From the NCBI GenBank assembly GCA_030704615.1, contig CM060732.1:76322001-76386000 (forward strand): a DNA stretch of 64,000 nucleotides, written 5' to 3'. Positions 13,159 through 26,297 of this stretch are shown here, piece by piece. The position numbers and the translations under genes were made by a program. The stretch is from Takakia lepidozioides. Its lineage: Eukaryota; Plantae; Bryophyta. A model generated the notes under the pieces. That model was not told the origin of the DNA, searched no databases, and saw nothing but the letters and a program-made list of their open reading frames with translations. Every line of letters begins with the position of its first letter. The stretch's first letter is position 1.

Positions 13159-15460
13159 TCAGGCTCGCCCCTTCATAAGTTTATAGGCGCATGCTTAACA
13201 CCGAAAGTTGTGATGACCTGGAAAGTTGTACGCCCAGAGAGGAGGGAGTGACCCGTTGGAGATGTCGAGCTCTATTATGACTGACTGTTACAGGTCTGTA
13301 GCATCCTCGGTGTGACAGTCATCTTACCCCCCTGGGCTTTGTGGTATCGAAATATGCAGATTTCATATCGAAGCTGTGAGCTTGAAGAACTCCTTTAACA
13401 GTACATTTTGCAGTATTTTACCGATTGTGCGCAGTTTTGAGATGCTGTGCGTATCAGTCCATACTACCGGCCAGTTAGACGGACGGCCTAATGTTGTGCT
13501 AGGCCAGATTTCATCAACACTAGACCCTGGACAGATTCGATTGAGGAAGCAGAGGGAGGGAGGGGAATCGCCCGTCCGGAACTGAAACGTAGCACGTAGC
13601 CTAATTATCGTGGAATATTGATTTTACTTGGTAGTCGAGATGAAATAGACATGATATTAAGTGATAATTGATATCCATCGTTATTCTCTTTATGCATATC
13701 ATCTCTCTGCGAAGTGCTGTTCTTCGAAACTTCGGACAAATGTACTTAACTCTCAATATCAATGTGACAAATGTTTGTTTCACTGTTTCCTCTGCGTAGA
13801 GGCTATCGATGCAACTAAAGTTGTCTCAATAATACAACAATCACAATACATTTCATGTCGGGAAGCGATCTTGTATCAAATCACATAAACAAATATTGTA
13901 TTTGATAAACTGCACGACGAATAGTTGAATGCAGATAGTAATGGATATGACTGGATTTGTGTATAGCTATGATGATTGGAACTAAGTTTTGGTGAAATAT
14001 CCTCTGTACAATTTCAATTTCAGTTAAATTATCTGGAAAATTCACAAGCTTTTCGCAAACAAGTAGGTGTTGAAATGCAGATGTGCTGACTGCTGACTGG
14101 AACTATCGTTCTGTCTGGGAACTATAACTGTTCAGAAGCGATTTTTGACACAAACAGGTCTACGCATGTTGGTGGGCTGGTGTCAGGTGTATAGGATTTG
14201 ACTTAACCATCGGTCCATGCAAGAATACCCAGAAAGATCGTTGTTACAGCTAGACCAGTTGTCATCAACCCCAGACTCATTCGAAGCTGGCGGTGAGTTT
14301 GGCAAAAGCCTGCCTCGCCACGGACTGACTGGATCCCTGATCGCCAGCTCCGAGCAGTGCACACTTGCGTGGATCCTCCCTTTCTTCGACTCGCTGCCTA
14401 CTTGCTGCGTAGCTCCAACGCTACCTACCTACCTACTCTACTTACGCGGCCGAGGGATAGCAAATTTGGTCCATTGTAGGTAGCACCGGACTCATGAAGT
14501 ACTTGTCAGTTCAACTTGCACTTTGCGAGTTGCTCAGATTATTTCGAGCACCCAATCTCGCTCTGTAACGTTTAGTGCTCATGAGGGATAAAGCTAACGT
14601 TTGTTTAACGGCGGCGGATTTACAGAGCCTACTAATAGTGAGGATTGTAAACAAGTTGATCGATCACCGCAAAGTTGTGAGAAGATTGAGTATGTATTCA
14701 AAATTTATACTTTTGCATTCAAATTATGCAGGTCCTCAAGGAAATCTGCAACATATAAATTACTATAAACACCAAAAGGGTGCGAGCATGGACCTGTGAT
14801 GTGACTCTTCCCCAGAATCGACGTATGATTTCCTCTGGTGTCTCCACTGTCAGATATCCCACATTGTCCCATACAGTGTACATACACATGCGAAATCGGA
14901 CAACGAGTACACGTGAACGGTGTTACATTAGTAAGGCTCAGTGTGCAGTGTCCTATAATCAGTTCTAGATCCCTAGAAAGGGAGGCTGCCAATAGAGCAA
15001 TACTCAAAGGACTTTGTAGAGGGCCTGCACCACCGTGTTGAGTACTCGTGAAAAAGTACCCAATGTCTAACATTGATCCTTCCCATACCTGATGATTGGA
15101 AATGCTATACATATCACCCAGCGTGCCACCCTCAGATTGCACACAAGCCTGACTTGATTTTGCTAGCTTCACCAGGCGGACTATGGGAACTTCCAACTTC
15201 CCTCCAGAGCTACAGTTAGTACTCGTGAATGCGAACCCAAGACCCCACCTGTCCAATAGAAGGAAGAAAAAACAGCTTTCCCAACAGTAGCCCGGCAACA
15301 GAGCACAGTAGTGAATAGAGAGGTAACAGTTATCCACCTTTGACTGAAAAGCGTGTGGTTGGCTTGCTGGCAGACTTGTCAGCATCACACTGATCATCTG
15401 TTAGGATCTATAGACACTCCTCTGGGAACAAAGATTGGGCATTGAAAGAAAGAGGGAGGA

Positions 15461-16239
15461 ATGGAGTCATACAGGAAGTATGTGGTTCGTCAGAGAGCAC
15501 CAAATCCAGAGCAGGCAGTGTTGCTAGTGATCGACATGCAGGAGTTCTTCCGGGGCATGGGAGAGCCGATTCTACCAGAGCTGCAGAAAACCATAAACCT
15601 AGCTCGGCAAGCAGGCATACCAGTTGTCTACACACAGCACATGCATAAAGATCCCTCGGACTATGGCATGCTCCATGAATGGTGGGGCGGTGAACTCATC
15701 AAAGGCGGGACCCCTGAAGCCGAATTGATGCCTGAAGTGGGCAGGCTTGAGGTCAGAGTTGCCCTTTGCAATCCCGTGTTTCAGTGCGGTAGAAGAATGT
15801 TCGCACAAGCGTCTCATGCTCCTTCTTCGTCTCTTGCCATTGTATCAAGAATAGCACATGGGCACATAAAGGTTTCGTTCTGATATTCTCCAAGGAATCG
15901 ATCCGTCTATTGCTTCATAACCCTCCTCAATTGTGAATGCAGAGTGACAAACTTGTACCGAAGCACACTTACGGTGCATTCTACGACACGGATTTGGAGA
16001 GCTTTCTGAGAAAGAAGGGAAAGACAGAAGTCATTGTCACTGGGGTGATGACCAATTGCTGCTGTGAGACTACTGCAAGAGAGGCATTTGTCAGGGGGTT
16101 TCGTGTATTCTTCTCAACTGATGCAAATGCTACAATCAATGCAGATCTGCACAATAGCACCTTGAAGAATTTGGCCTATGCCTTTGCTTATCTTGTTGAT
16201 GTTAGTGCCCTCTCTAGTGCATTGAAAGTAGACAATTAG
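15461..16239 (+). CDS. NIC2: Nicotinamidase 2 / isochorismatase-family hydrolase (2 exons: 15461-15751, 15943-16239)
   Basis: Motifs LLVIDMQ, K..YGAF and [28 protein letters not shown] match plant NIC2 as I recall it. The phase-0 GT-AG intron joins the two ORF halves. Confidence 0.92.
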
Positions 16240-17350
16240 ATTGTTGATACTTCAATGGCCTCAGCTTGCCGTACAATTGACAAACGTAGGAGCAGACTGG
16301 TCATGGTCAGAGAGTCTCTTGGATTGACTATAATGGAGGATATTACATATAAGATGGGGATGACTCAAGAGACCCTTCACAGTTGTGCATTTAGCATTCA
16401 TATTTCTTTGGGAGACACTGCGGGCATTTGCAGAATGGAACTGCAGTGGTAACTGGTGCAGAACCCAAGAATAACCCTGTTAAGATCAATAGATGCAGGA
16501 AGAATGGAGCATGTTGCCATTTTGTAGGCCACCATGTCCCCACAAAATTCGAACTCCAGAGTGGCAGATACATTCTGGGCTTTTAGGAGATAAGAGGTAC
16601 CTTTTGATAAGAGATACCAAGATTTTAAACTTCCTGCGTGTACTAATTTCGAAAGATAGGAGTGAGAAAGTACGAGGGCCCGGCACTCCTTAGCCTTTGT
16701 CTCTGTTCACCAGCATTCACATCTGAAGCAGATGATGCACATACAGAAGTAGGTCAACATACCAATAAAGTTGGCAAGCTGAAACGTGCTAGACTATCAT
16801 GATGAGCAACTGTGGTGTGCTAAGAGAAAGCATAAACCTCACAAAGACTGTACTAACTTCCCACCACACATCTTACATCTTAAAAAATTCAGAATCACTC
16901 TAGCCATGCAGTCAGTAGTTTTCCATACATTTTCCTTTCAAGTTCGAAGGCCGCAGATAGTAACAAGAGCCATAGAGGTGCAATGTGCACCACTGTTTTT
17001 ACCAGCAAAGTCTTGCCTTGCGCAACACATGGTAAGTTCTCGAGCCAGGTCAACTTGGTACCTGCTTCTACTGGAAAGATCCACATATTCCATGATTGAA
17101 ACTGGAGGGTACTTTCCTTTGTGCCTGCTTTATTGTTGGAAGCAAGAGATACAGAGGTATTAAAAAAGGGACTAACGTAAGGACTCCTTGACCATCGAAG
17201 GTTAATACTATACAACCTCACTATGAATGTCCCAATTAGCCAAGAACAGCACATTGACATGAAAAATGAGACAACTGACTTAAGGCCTCTTCTCTCTCTT
17301 TCCTCTCTGCCTCCCCACACACAAATCCTCAAATGAACGAGAGGAAACAA

Positions 17351-20300
17351 TCACAACCCTGGGCTTCCCCCTGAACTGGAAGCCCCGTCACCTCTCTGGG
17401 GCAAACCTGTCCCAGAGGAAGACAAGTTAAAAGAGTTCCTGGCAACAGTTGATGCCCTTGGTGACGGTACCCAGATATCTCCCCTCTCCTTTTTAGCCTT
17501 GCTAGCGCCAGCAGTGTGAGTTCGAGGAAGGGGCGCGTGCACCGTGAGTGGCATTGACCACTCTCCTTTGTGCCGCTCACTAAGATCGAGCAACAGCGGA
17601 TGCTCAATCTTACTCCAATCTACATCTGGTTGGGATGCAACAAATTCGAAGCGAAGAACCCATTGGACAGATACAAGGGGAGTAGAAAAGGAAGCAGGCC
17701 CATCCATGGGTATAGAGAAGAGGAAATGGGTGTTGATCATATCGCACACCACTTCATAATACTCTGATTGGACCTGTCACAGTCCAGCCCACAGTCTTTA
17801 ATTTCCTGAACGCTCAACCCTTTATATTCAAAAGATAGAAGGTTACTTTCCAAGTCCATCAAACATAGGCTTGCTTGACCTTTGTGAACCAAATAGGATA
17901 AAGCTTTCATCCAGTTTAGGAACAACTTTGAGACTGCATTGTTGCCCTTCATGAACTGAAAGCTAAGCTCCATATCAGTGAGATAACAGAAGTTCTATAA
18001 TGGTGCCGCACTCAAATCTGTTCCTAAACGGCACTTTCTAAATTCCGAAGTAATAAAATAGTGGCTGCCAAAGCCCGGGTCAAACTCATAAGTTAGGTCC
18101 CATTTGAAAAATCCCTTTGGCAGTCAGTCGGTCACATATTGCGAAAATGCAAGAATGTTGATCCAAAAATTTGGCAAATTGTAAATCAAAGAGTATGCTA
18201 CACAGGGTGCAGAAGGAGATGTATGCTGGTGGTTTGGTCCAAAAGCAGATGAGACTAGAACCCCAATTTCACAGATTAACTCTAAAAGTGGATAAAAAAG
18301 TCAAATATCCTCCGACAGTATGTCCAGAGAGTTTGTGTAGCATGGAAACGGGGACTACAACAAAGACTGTTAGAGAAACAGATGAAAGTACCTTAGTAAT
18401 GGTTGATGAATTTTTACGGGAGGGGTGAACAGATGACAGATTCAAAACCTCCCGTGTCTCTAGCACTGCTGAGACCTGCCCCAATTACGAGATGAAAGCT
18501 CAACACTCCACATCATTGGTTGAAACCATCAGATATCTAAATACAACTTGGCTGTCTCTACAAACTTTGACAGAAAGACCTACATATGCCACACGTCTAA
18601 TATGCATATACGGGTATGCAAATTTCACATGCAAACAGAGAGTGAGCTTTCCACCTCCAAGCATCTCCTTGGGCCCTCATCGTGGAAGAACTGTAGGGTA
18701 CCAGCAACCTGCCAATAAGGGCACGTTAGCAACAGCGCTGAAAGATAGCCTGTACTTCACAGTTTCTGTTAGAGAAGCATTTGAATGCTGTTGATTATCA
18801 TAAGAACACTTTCAATTCCATCTTACAAATACAAGACCTGCTGATACGCACCATGTCCCCATAGTAGAAAGTGGATGTAGTATTCTTCGGTGAAAACCGG
18901 ACCAACACTTGATCATCCATCCGAATGTTATAGGATCTTCCTCGATTGTAGGCCACTGCCACATAGCAGACACACAACAGTCATCAGCCTCAACCTCAGC
19001 AGTTTCTAGGTGTATCCAGAAATCCTGAATGTCTGAAGGAACTCCAAGGTCCGCTTGCCCCTCCCCACGCCTAGACAATTAACTGTTGCTCATGTCTTTA
19101 CTATTAGAAAGTTGTGGGGCTCACATGCTGCAGCGGTTACTTGCGAACCTCGCAAGACAACTGCATTTGGTCAAACAGGCAGATGCAGGGTTACACTGCT
19201 ATGGAGCTGTGGTGACACGTGGGTCACATACCTGTGAAGCGTAAAGTTTGTGGTCACTAGGCCATCGGTTCACAACATATAGCACCACATGTGGACTAGC
19301 TCAAAGTCAGCCCTTGCACATTTACTTGCTAGTGATGTAATCATAAACAGGCACTAACAACACAACTGCCAGCACAGCTACAGCCTGCTCTCACAGAAAA
19401 ATGGAGAAAGACAGTCAGCTTTGCTGCAGCATTTACAAAATGAACACCTGGCCAACAAGATGGTATAGCACTGACTTTCAGTGTGAAAAGTGGATATGAA
19501 CCATCATGTGGCACTGACAAGATTTCTTACAGGAACAAATCTCTTTCAGATTCAACCTAAAATAGCAGCAGATTGATAAATTTCCCCAATATTCAAGCAT
19601 TACCAGCTGGTGATCGCGGTGAGCCAATGCCAATTTCCTCCTCCACTCGACCACTATAGCTGCCATAGCCACCTTCATAGCCATTCATGTTGCCAGCTGG
19701 CCATACATGGCTGCCATTAGCTGTCTGTGAATCTTCAGGTCCCTCACTGACAGAGCTCCCCAAATTCCCCGCTTTCTTCTGAGCTGCAGGTCTATTTGGA
19801 GCATTTTCAAAACGTTGTGAATCTGCCTCCAAGACACATGTAGAGCAGGTAAGGCATTGGAACTCTTTCAAGAGGCTTCATGTGTACCACTTGCTACCCC
19901 ACCACTGAGCTAAGCTGGTTTCAGTTGGCTCTAGCACACTCATACTTCTGGACAACTCTCTGAGCCCCTGTATGGAGCCCAACAAGTAACAGCAAACAAA
20001 GAACTAAAAAAAGGGATGGAATAAGAAAGGACATACTTGAACCAGGATCGAGTACTAGTTCCTCAGTAGATCCAGCAAGCATGTCCACTCTGTTGGAGTA
20101 TGCTAGCTGAGCTGAAGGATCCAGACTCTCCTTTGTCATCACTCTGGAAGTGTGTTCAAATGCAGGCTCCAATGACAGCAATTTCACAGGACTATTGAGA
20201 GTCGAGCTCCCTGACTCTTCACTGCTGATTCTGTCCTCTCTATAGCCTGAGGTAGTGTTCAAAGCCCAGGCCTGTCTCAACCATTCAGCCATCCAAAAAA

Positions 20301-22273
20301 CATTTCAATGATTGTAACCTTCGTTTAACAGACCAATGGAAGCTCCCTTTCTGGAGCAATTGGACAAATTTCAGATGTCATGCTGTCCGTACACTAAGAT
20401 GTTCATCTCTTTATTGCCACATGAGGCACAATACTAGTGAAATGCCTCACTGGAGATAGCCCAGTTGGAAGGAGAATGATAGCTTTAGGGAACTTACCCA
20501 GCTGGCCTCATCATTTTTTTCTTTCCATTGGATCTCAACCTCAATAGGGGATGACGGAACAATACCTGCCACATACCATCAACTATTTGCAAAGCTATCA
20601 GGGCAATAAATCAAACAAAAATCAAACAGAACTCCAGAACAAGAGAGACAGGAGTGCAGCAAAAGCCCTGCTACTTCACTTCCTCAATCATGCCAAGACG
20701 TCTGTAAGGAGGCATCGATAAACGAAGTTGTATGCAACATGACGGGCTGTATTTCTCAGCAGATGGGTTCTGCAACACTGCAAATGCACTTGCCTGGACC
20801 CTATCCCTCAACTCGACTCTCTGTTTTATGGTGAACTGCCAAGTCTTTTTAGTGTGGTGTTTAGAGAAAGACAAAACTCATTGCAGGGCTATTCAGGATA
20901 CATAGGATGTATCAATGTGAGAGCCTAGTAAACCCTCAACTCACCTTTGAGAGGTAACCATTATGCCCTTTCTTCAAAGGCATGCCAGCATTTTCAATAC
21001 TACTCAATAGGCATGAGGCAGGAGCGCTGAAGCACCACTTGGTTGAGTATTTCTAGGGGCTCAGAAACTGTGAGGAACCCACCGTATGATCTGTAATGAT
21101 CCTTAGCTTGAAGTTCCTCAGATGTGAGGCCACTGCTGTTGGGCATTGTCCAGATAGGAAGTGGAGTCCGTACTTCCTGCATACCCCATTCCACAAACAA
21201 TAGAAATTCTTTTGAGTGTTGAAAAACAGCAACAAACGTATAAGTTCCCAAAATGGTAACCCAGAGTGGACTCCTTCCCCATAGACACACTTCTCATACT
21301 GGAAATGACAGCCCACATGTACCTAAAAGCTCAGTTCTGTCTGATTAGCTTTTTGCAAGACATGCCATTGGCTTAGTCCAACCCCATGTATTGCATTGAC
21401 CTTTATGCATAATGGTTGGCGACTCGAATGAGGCACACGAAAGCTCCTCAAGTGATGGATTAAAGTTACTACTCTGCTCTGTTATCCATTTGGTACACGC
21501 AGAAAGCCAGAGTTCCATAAATCCTGAAAGTTCTTTTGGGTCTTGCCTGAAGTCTCTTAAGTCAGTTTCTTAGTCATGCTCTGGGCAGCTTGAGGTCTGC
21601 AAAGGGTGTGAATTTCTGAAACAAAGACAGTCCAAATGGCTGGGACAGTTCATTACGAGCTCTCGTTGAAGGGTGATTCCTAAGGTGCAAAGATGATTTC
21701 ACCCCAGCTCCCAAGTTTAGCCTTATGTTCATAACAGACTCCATGCCCAGATTAGACAGCAGAAAAAAGGGGTTTTGGAGGAAGTAATATATGAGAGAGA
21801 CATTGTTTGCCATAGCCTTGTGACCATGGACCCGATGTCCAGTTTGGACGGAATAACACTACCTTCATGACGGGCTCACTCCAGTAGTGGGAGTCAGCGA
21901 GAGAGAGAGAGAGAGGAGAAGAGTGAGAGAATGTAGTCATAAGACGTTTGCCATATAGTTGCCATAGACCCTGTGCCCAGTTTGGGCAGAACACTACACC
22001 TTTGTGAGGGGCTCACTCCAGTAGTGGGACTTACATTGATGTAAACAACTAGTTTAGGCTTTCCACGTTTCCTCTATGGAGCCCTTCACACAAGCATCAA
22101 TCTGTGTGTGGCTGCCCAGTAATTAGACCCCAAGAGAACAGGCTTTAGGCTCAGCCTAAAGCTTTTGGAAGTTGGTGAACAGAGGTGCAGGGACTATGTC
22201 CTAGATGGTCCTGAAGAGGGAGCTCTCTATGAGCCCGTGTCACAAACAGGGAAAATTTTCAGGGAAGTTTTAT

Positions 22274-22304
<31 letters not shown>

Positions 22305-25079
22305 TGTGTGTGTGTGTACTCATGCCATTCCCTGTGAACGTTGGCTTGCCTTACAGCCATTGACCCTGCGGGAATCTAACCCTCCTGGACACTTGTGGGG
22401 TTCACACCCCCCAGGGTTTAGAGAGAGAGAATGTACTCATAAGACGTTGTTTGCCGTAGCCTTGTGGCCATTGACCCTGCGCCCAGTTTGAGCAGAACAA
22501 AAGGGACAGAACCTACCTTTGTCAGGGGCTGACGCCGGTAGTAAGACTTACCTTGGAATAAACAATTGATCCGGGTTTTCCAGATATCCTCTAGAAATCC
22601 CTTTACAGAAGCATCAACCTGAAAGTCTCGAGGCTGAGCCAAAAGTCCAGGCCCTTTTGGGGCCTAGTTCTTGGGCAAACCACACACAGAGGCACAATTC
22701 CCTTGATAGATTTGAAGAGAGCGTCTCTCTGGTGAGAGAACCCCGGACAATGAATCAGAAAATGAATATTGTCTTCAGGTTGCCCACACAACGGGCAATT
22801 GCACTCTCCCTTTCCTCTCTGCTTCTGTTTGCTGTTCAAAGGTAGGCTTCCTGCCCTGTGTTTAAATGTCAGTCTAGTGCCGAGCGTGGGTAGACCCTTG
22901 AGGTCATCCATGATGTACTCCCCCAAGTCACAGACTGGACAAAAGTTCAGGGAAGTTTTCTGTCTAACTTCATTTTCATCAGACAATTTCCTGGCAACAG
23001 ACATGGCTGTGGAGAGAAGACTCCGGCCGAAGCCGGCGTAACTAAGAGCCACTTCGCCTTGCGGGTACTGCCCCCTTTCGAGGGTGGGCCCTATAAAACC
23101 ATGGCTTGTGGACACTACAGCCTCTAAGTCAGATTTATACAGCAGGGTCAAGACTTGCGGGCTAAGATTGAGATCCTTGAGAAGCTTCTACTCTCTTCCG
23201 CCAGGACTTAGCCTGTTTGAGAGGGCGATCCTGCATCCAAGATATAGAGTCGATTAACTTAGGATATCTGATGTTGGACATATGTTGCCCCACCATCTGA
23301 CCTTGAATTCATCTCGTCGGGAGCTTAAGGAAGGGACGCCAAACTCACCCCGAACAGCCACATTGGCTGTTTTGGAGCATGCTGACATGCACTCCTTGAG
23401 CACCCCCACTTGAATTGATTCTAGAGACCTTAGCCTGGTTGGAGTTATCAACCCATATTGCAGATGCGTACTCCAAGGTTTAGAGAGAGAGAGAGAGAGG
23501 TCGCAGCAGGCAGGAACCGAAAGACTCTTGCCCTTGTAGCTTTTCACCGCTTTACTAGCAAGTTTAAAAAGAAGATAATAGTAACTCAATAGAGATAGCT
23601 TATACAGCCTTGTGGCTTTAGACCCCTATTTGGGGAGAGAGAGAAAAACACTTACCACAGGATCCAATCCTGATTGCGAAGTTTGTCCGGGACCATGGCC
23701 ATTTTCAACAATGGCATGGGCCCAGCGGAGAGTGACAGAGATATAATAAAGATAGCGCACCGCAGTTCCTCGATATGTGGGTGGTAGAATTGTAGGCAGC
23801 ATTGTCCGTACCATAACTGTCCTCCATCCCCAAATACAAGCAAGTTAACACAAAAAATCTATCTTGAGCTTCCACCACCTGCAATGTGAATCTTATGTGT
23901 GTCTGTCGAAGTGGCTGACCCCTATTTTTCTTACCTTTCTATCTCGTTGACTTTTTAACTATAAGTCTGCCTGATTGTGTGTGTCCCTCCTGGGTATCTT
24001 CTCTCTCTCTCTATCCACAGCCAAAAGGACAACCCTACCTCGAAACTGAACAAAGGATTAGTGAAGAGACATACATGTTTTACTAGAGCCGTGCCCTATG
24101 AGGACATTGGAAACAATCGATGTTGGAAGAGACTCCAAAATACAACGCTCACCTGAGAAAATCCGCCAACAACATGCCATATACTACTGTGTTATGGGAA
24201 GCAGTCACCAAGGATTGCATTCTCTGAGTTTGCTAACCAAGGTAAAGCGCAAAAAGCTTGGGGTTCATAGACTATAACAGCACCCCGCTTGCATCATAAA
24301 CCCTCTAACACAGTCACCATCTCTCTGCAAACCTACCCACAATCCATGTGACTTCAGTTAAGATCTATTTCCCTGAAGCTCAGAACAGAACAATGCCCTG
24401 CAAGCTCCATTCGTTCTTCGGCGATCTGCCTGATCCAAAACCCTGCAAAAGAAGGTAGACATAGTGCAGTTTCTGTTCTAAGAGGTAAAGCAACCTCCAG
24501 AAACAGATATTTTGTCAGCTCATGCCATAGAACCCAATGTCCAGCAGGTAGCAGGCACAGGTTAGTCAAAGACAATGGTCGTTGCCTCATAGGGTCACTT
24601 GCTGCGACATATATCCATATGTTAGACCTGAAGGACCTGAAGGTATCTGGTTCATCTCCTACTTTGCAAACCAAACACACCCACTGGGAGAGACAGGGGG
24701 AGAGAGAAAATAGAGCTGCACCTCTGCGTTGCTTTGAACCAGGGGCTGGCTTAGGTGTGACCAACCATTGTGGATCCAATTTCTCAATTCCTTTGACTTC
24801 AACCAACAAATCCTCCATCAAGACTGCATCTGCAACAGTGCCTTTTGCAGGCCTTCGAGCTGAGGGGGCATCATTGGACACCTCAATTGTAGCTACGACC
24901 ATATCGCCAGGCCTGTAGCCTTTCCTTTCCAGATTCAAGTGCACTGATGGAGGAGAGACACCTGCTTTGGACGGCTGAGAGCCTCGTCGGGGTGAACCGG
25001 GGGCAGGCGTATCCAAGCCATCTTGAGGCTGAGGCCTTCCCCTTTTCAGAAAGGGAAAAGCCTCAATACTTGGCCACAT
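17351..25079 (-). CDS. RGP1: RGP1-family protein (Ric1-Rgp1 Rab6 GEF complex partner), 11 exons
   Basis: Exons 25079-24722, 24152-24075, 23816-23656, 21176-21083, 20565-20498, 20271-20037, 19822-19604, 18955-18852, 18708-18655, 18475-18392, 17773-17351 have GT-AG borders. Motifs: YRPGD..ATIEV, EVKGIEKLDPQW, LPPTYRGTAVRYLYY, RGRSYNIRMDDQVLVRFSPKN, FSIPMDGPASFSTPLVSVQWVLRFEF. Confidence 0.92.
21795..23476 (-). mobile_element. Stack of four 5'-truncated LINE copies in RGP1 intron 3
   Basis: Units: 23476-22431 (RT C-terminus and CCHC motif; 16-bp TSD ggtttagagagagaga at 22415-22430 and 23477-23492), ~22414-22315 (variant 3' end), ~22275-21931 and ~21898-21795 (degenerate). Each ends at a (TC)n tract on the element strand. 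A further very degenerate 3' end lies at ~23583-23628. Confidence 0.9.
23014..23099 (-). mobile_element. 86-nt structured insertion with target-site duplication inside a LINE copy
   Basis: Absent from the homologous position of the full-length LINE (~37110-37125). Flanked by catggctgtgga (23002-23013) and catggcttgtgga (23100-23112). Confidence 0.8.
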
Positions 25080-25799
25080 TTGGCTACTGCTCTCTGCCCA
25101 TCACCGCACAAAAAAGTTCCTGTCACAGTCTCCCTATCAGCCTCCGCCCCAATCTACGGATCTTTTATCAAGAACATTTCAATCCCTCTCATTATGGAAT
25201 GCACGTTGTGGAGCTATCGTCTTAACTCCATTGAGCTTTGTACACGTCTCCTGAACCTGGAACCTCCGCCATCAACAAGGAAACCTGATCCCTACATTCA
25301 GCCAAAAAGTACACTGATTGTGGAATAGATGCTTTTACGCATGCTCAAGATGAATGCCTCCACCGCTTCCCCTCCCCGAGAGGCTAGTGCAACCACGCCA
25401 CTTAATTTTCCCCTCATATGATCGACGAAAGCTCTTGTCTCAGATTAATGATCTCAAGAAGAACAATTCTTGAAAAGCCACATGAACTCTGCGTCTAGTC
25501 CTCTCCACTGCGCAGCCTCAACGCACCTTTGTCCCTCTCCGTCTCCGATGCTCACAATCAATGCATCCCTGTTTTCCTCACTCACTATCCCAAGGTGTGA
25601 AAACCTCGCAGCACGTAAACAGCTGCGCATCTATCTATCCAAAATGATCTATACGAATGCATCTTTATCTGTAGCTGTGAGGTCCCGCGATGAGAGCATC
25701 TCGCTCTGTCCGACTCTAAGCAGCACTGGAATCCATAATCGACAACGCGAGCATGATTACACCTCCTCTCTCTCCCCTCGAGCTCACCGTGAACCCATC

Positions 25800-26297
25800 G
25801 CCTTCCGCCTGCACCAAAGCACGGGCCGGGTCACCTACCGGGCGCGGTACCCAACCCGGCCCGTTTTTCAGACATTATACATGTTAACTTAATGATTCAT
25901 ATTTATCTTAAATGCTTCATAATACATCCATACGAGGAAATCACTGAGTACAAAAATAGCTAAATATAATTAAGTGAACTATATTTATTGCGGCCAGAAT
26001 CGCGGCCTCCTGGTTACCCAAGGGCCAGTACGGAGCTCGCCATGGGGACCTACCCCGAGCTCAAATTTCCAGGCTGCCCCATACCACGCTTCTAATTTTG
26101 TTTTCTGTACCTGGACAGCTTCGGTCGTGGGTTCGAATACACGAAGAGTAGCTCGAAGTGCAGGGAAGTGGTGCTGGTGAGGAATTGGGGGTGCGAGGTC
26201 TGCGAGGGCTTTGGGTTTGGGCGAGGAGTGGAGGTGGTGAGAGCGATGTAGTCTGAGGTCGCCGAGTGGGGGGGGGGGTGAAGGCTCGGAGGCCAGA
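25800..26297. promoter_or_regulatory. Candidate divergent promoter region between RGP1 and AUG3
   Basis: Head-to-head start codons lie 1.2 kb apart. There are GGGCC-containing GC-rich motifs, an 11-bp perfect inverted repeat acgggccgggt (25821-25831) / acccggcccgt (25854-25864), and an AT-rich spacer. Confidence 0.45.

Noticed and set aside
14705-15397. 230-aa minus-strand ORF upstream of NIC2
   Set aside because: No recognisable motif, composition typical of non-coding DNA, and it lies antisense to the probable NIC2 promoter/5'UTR.
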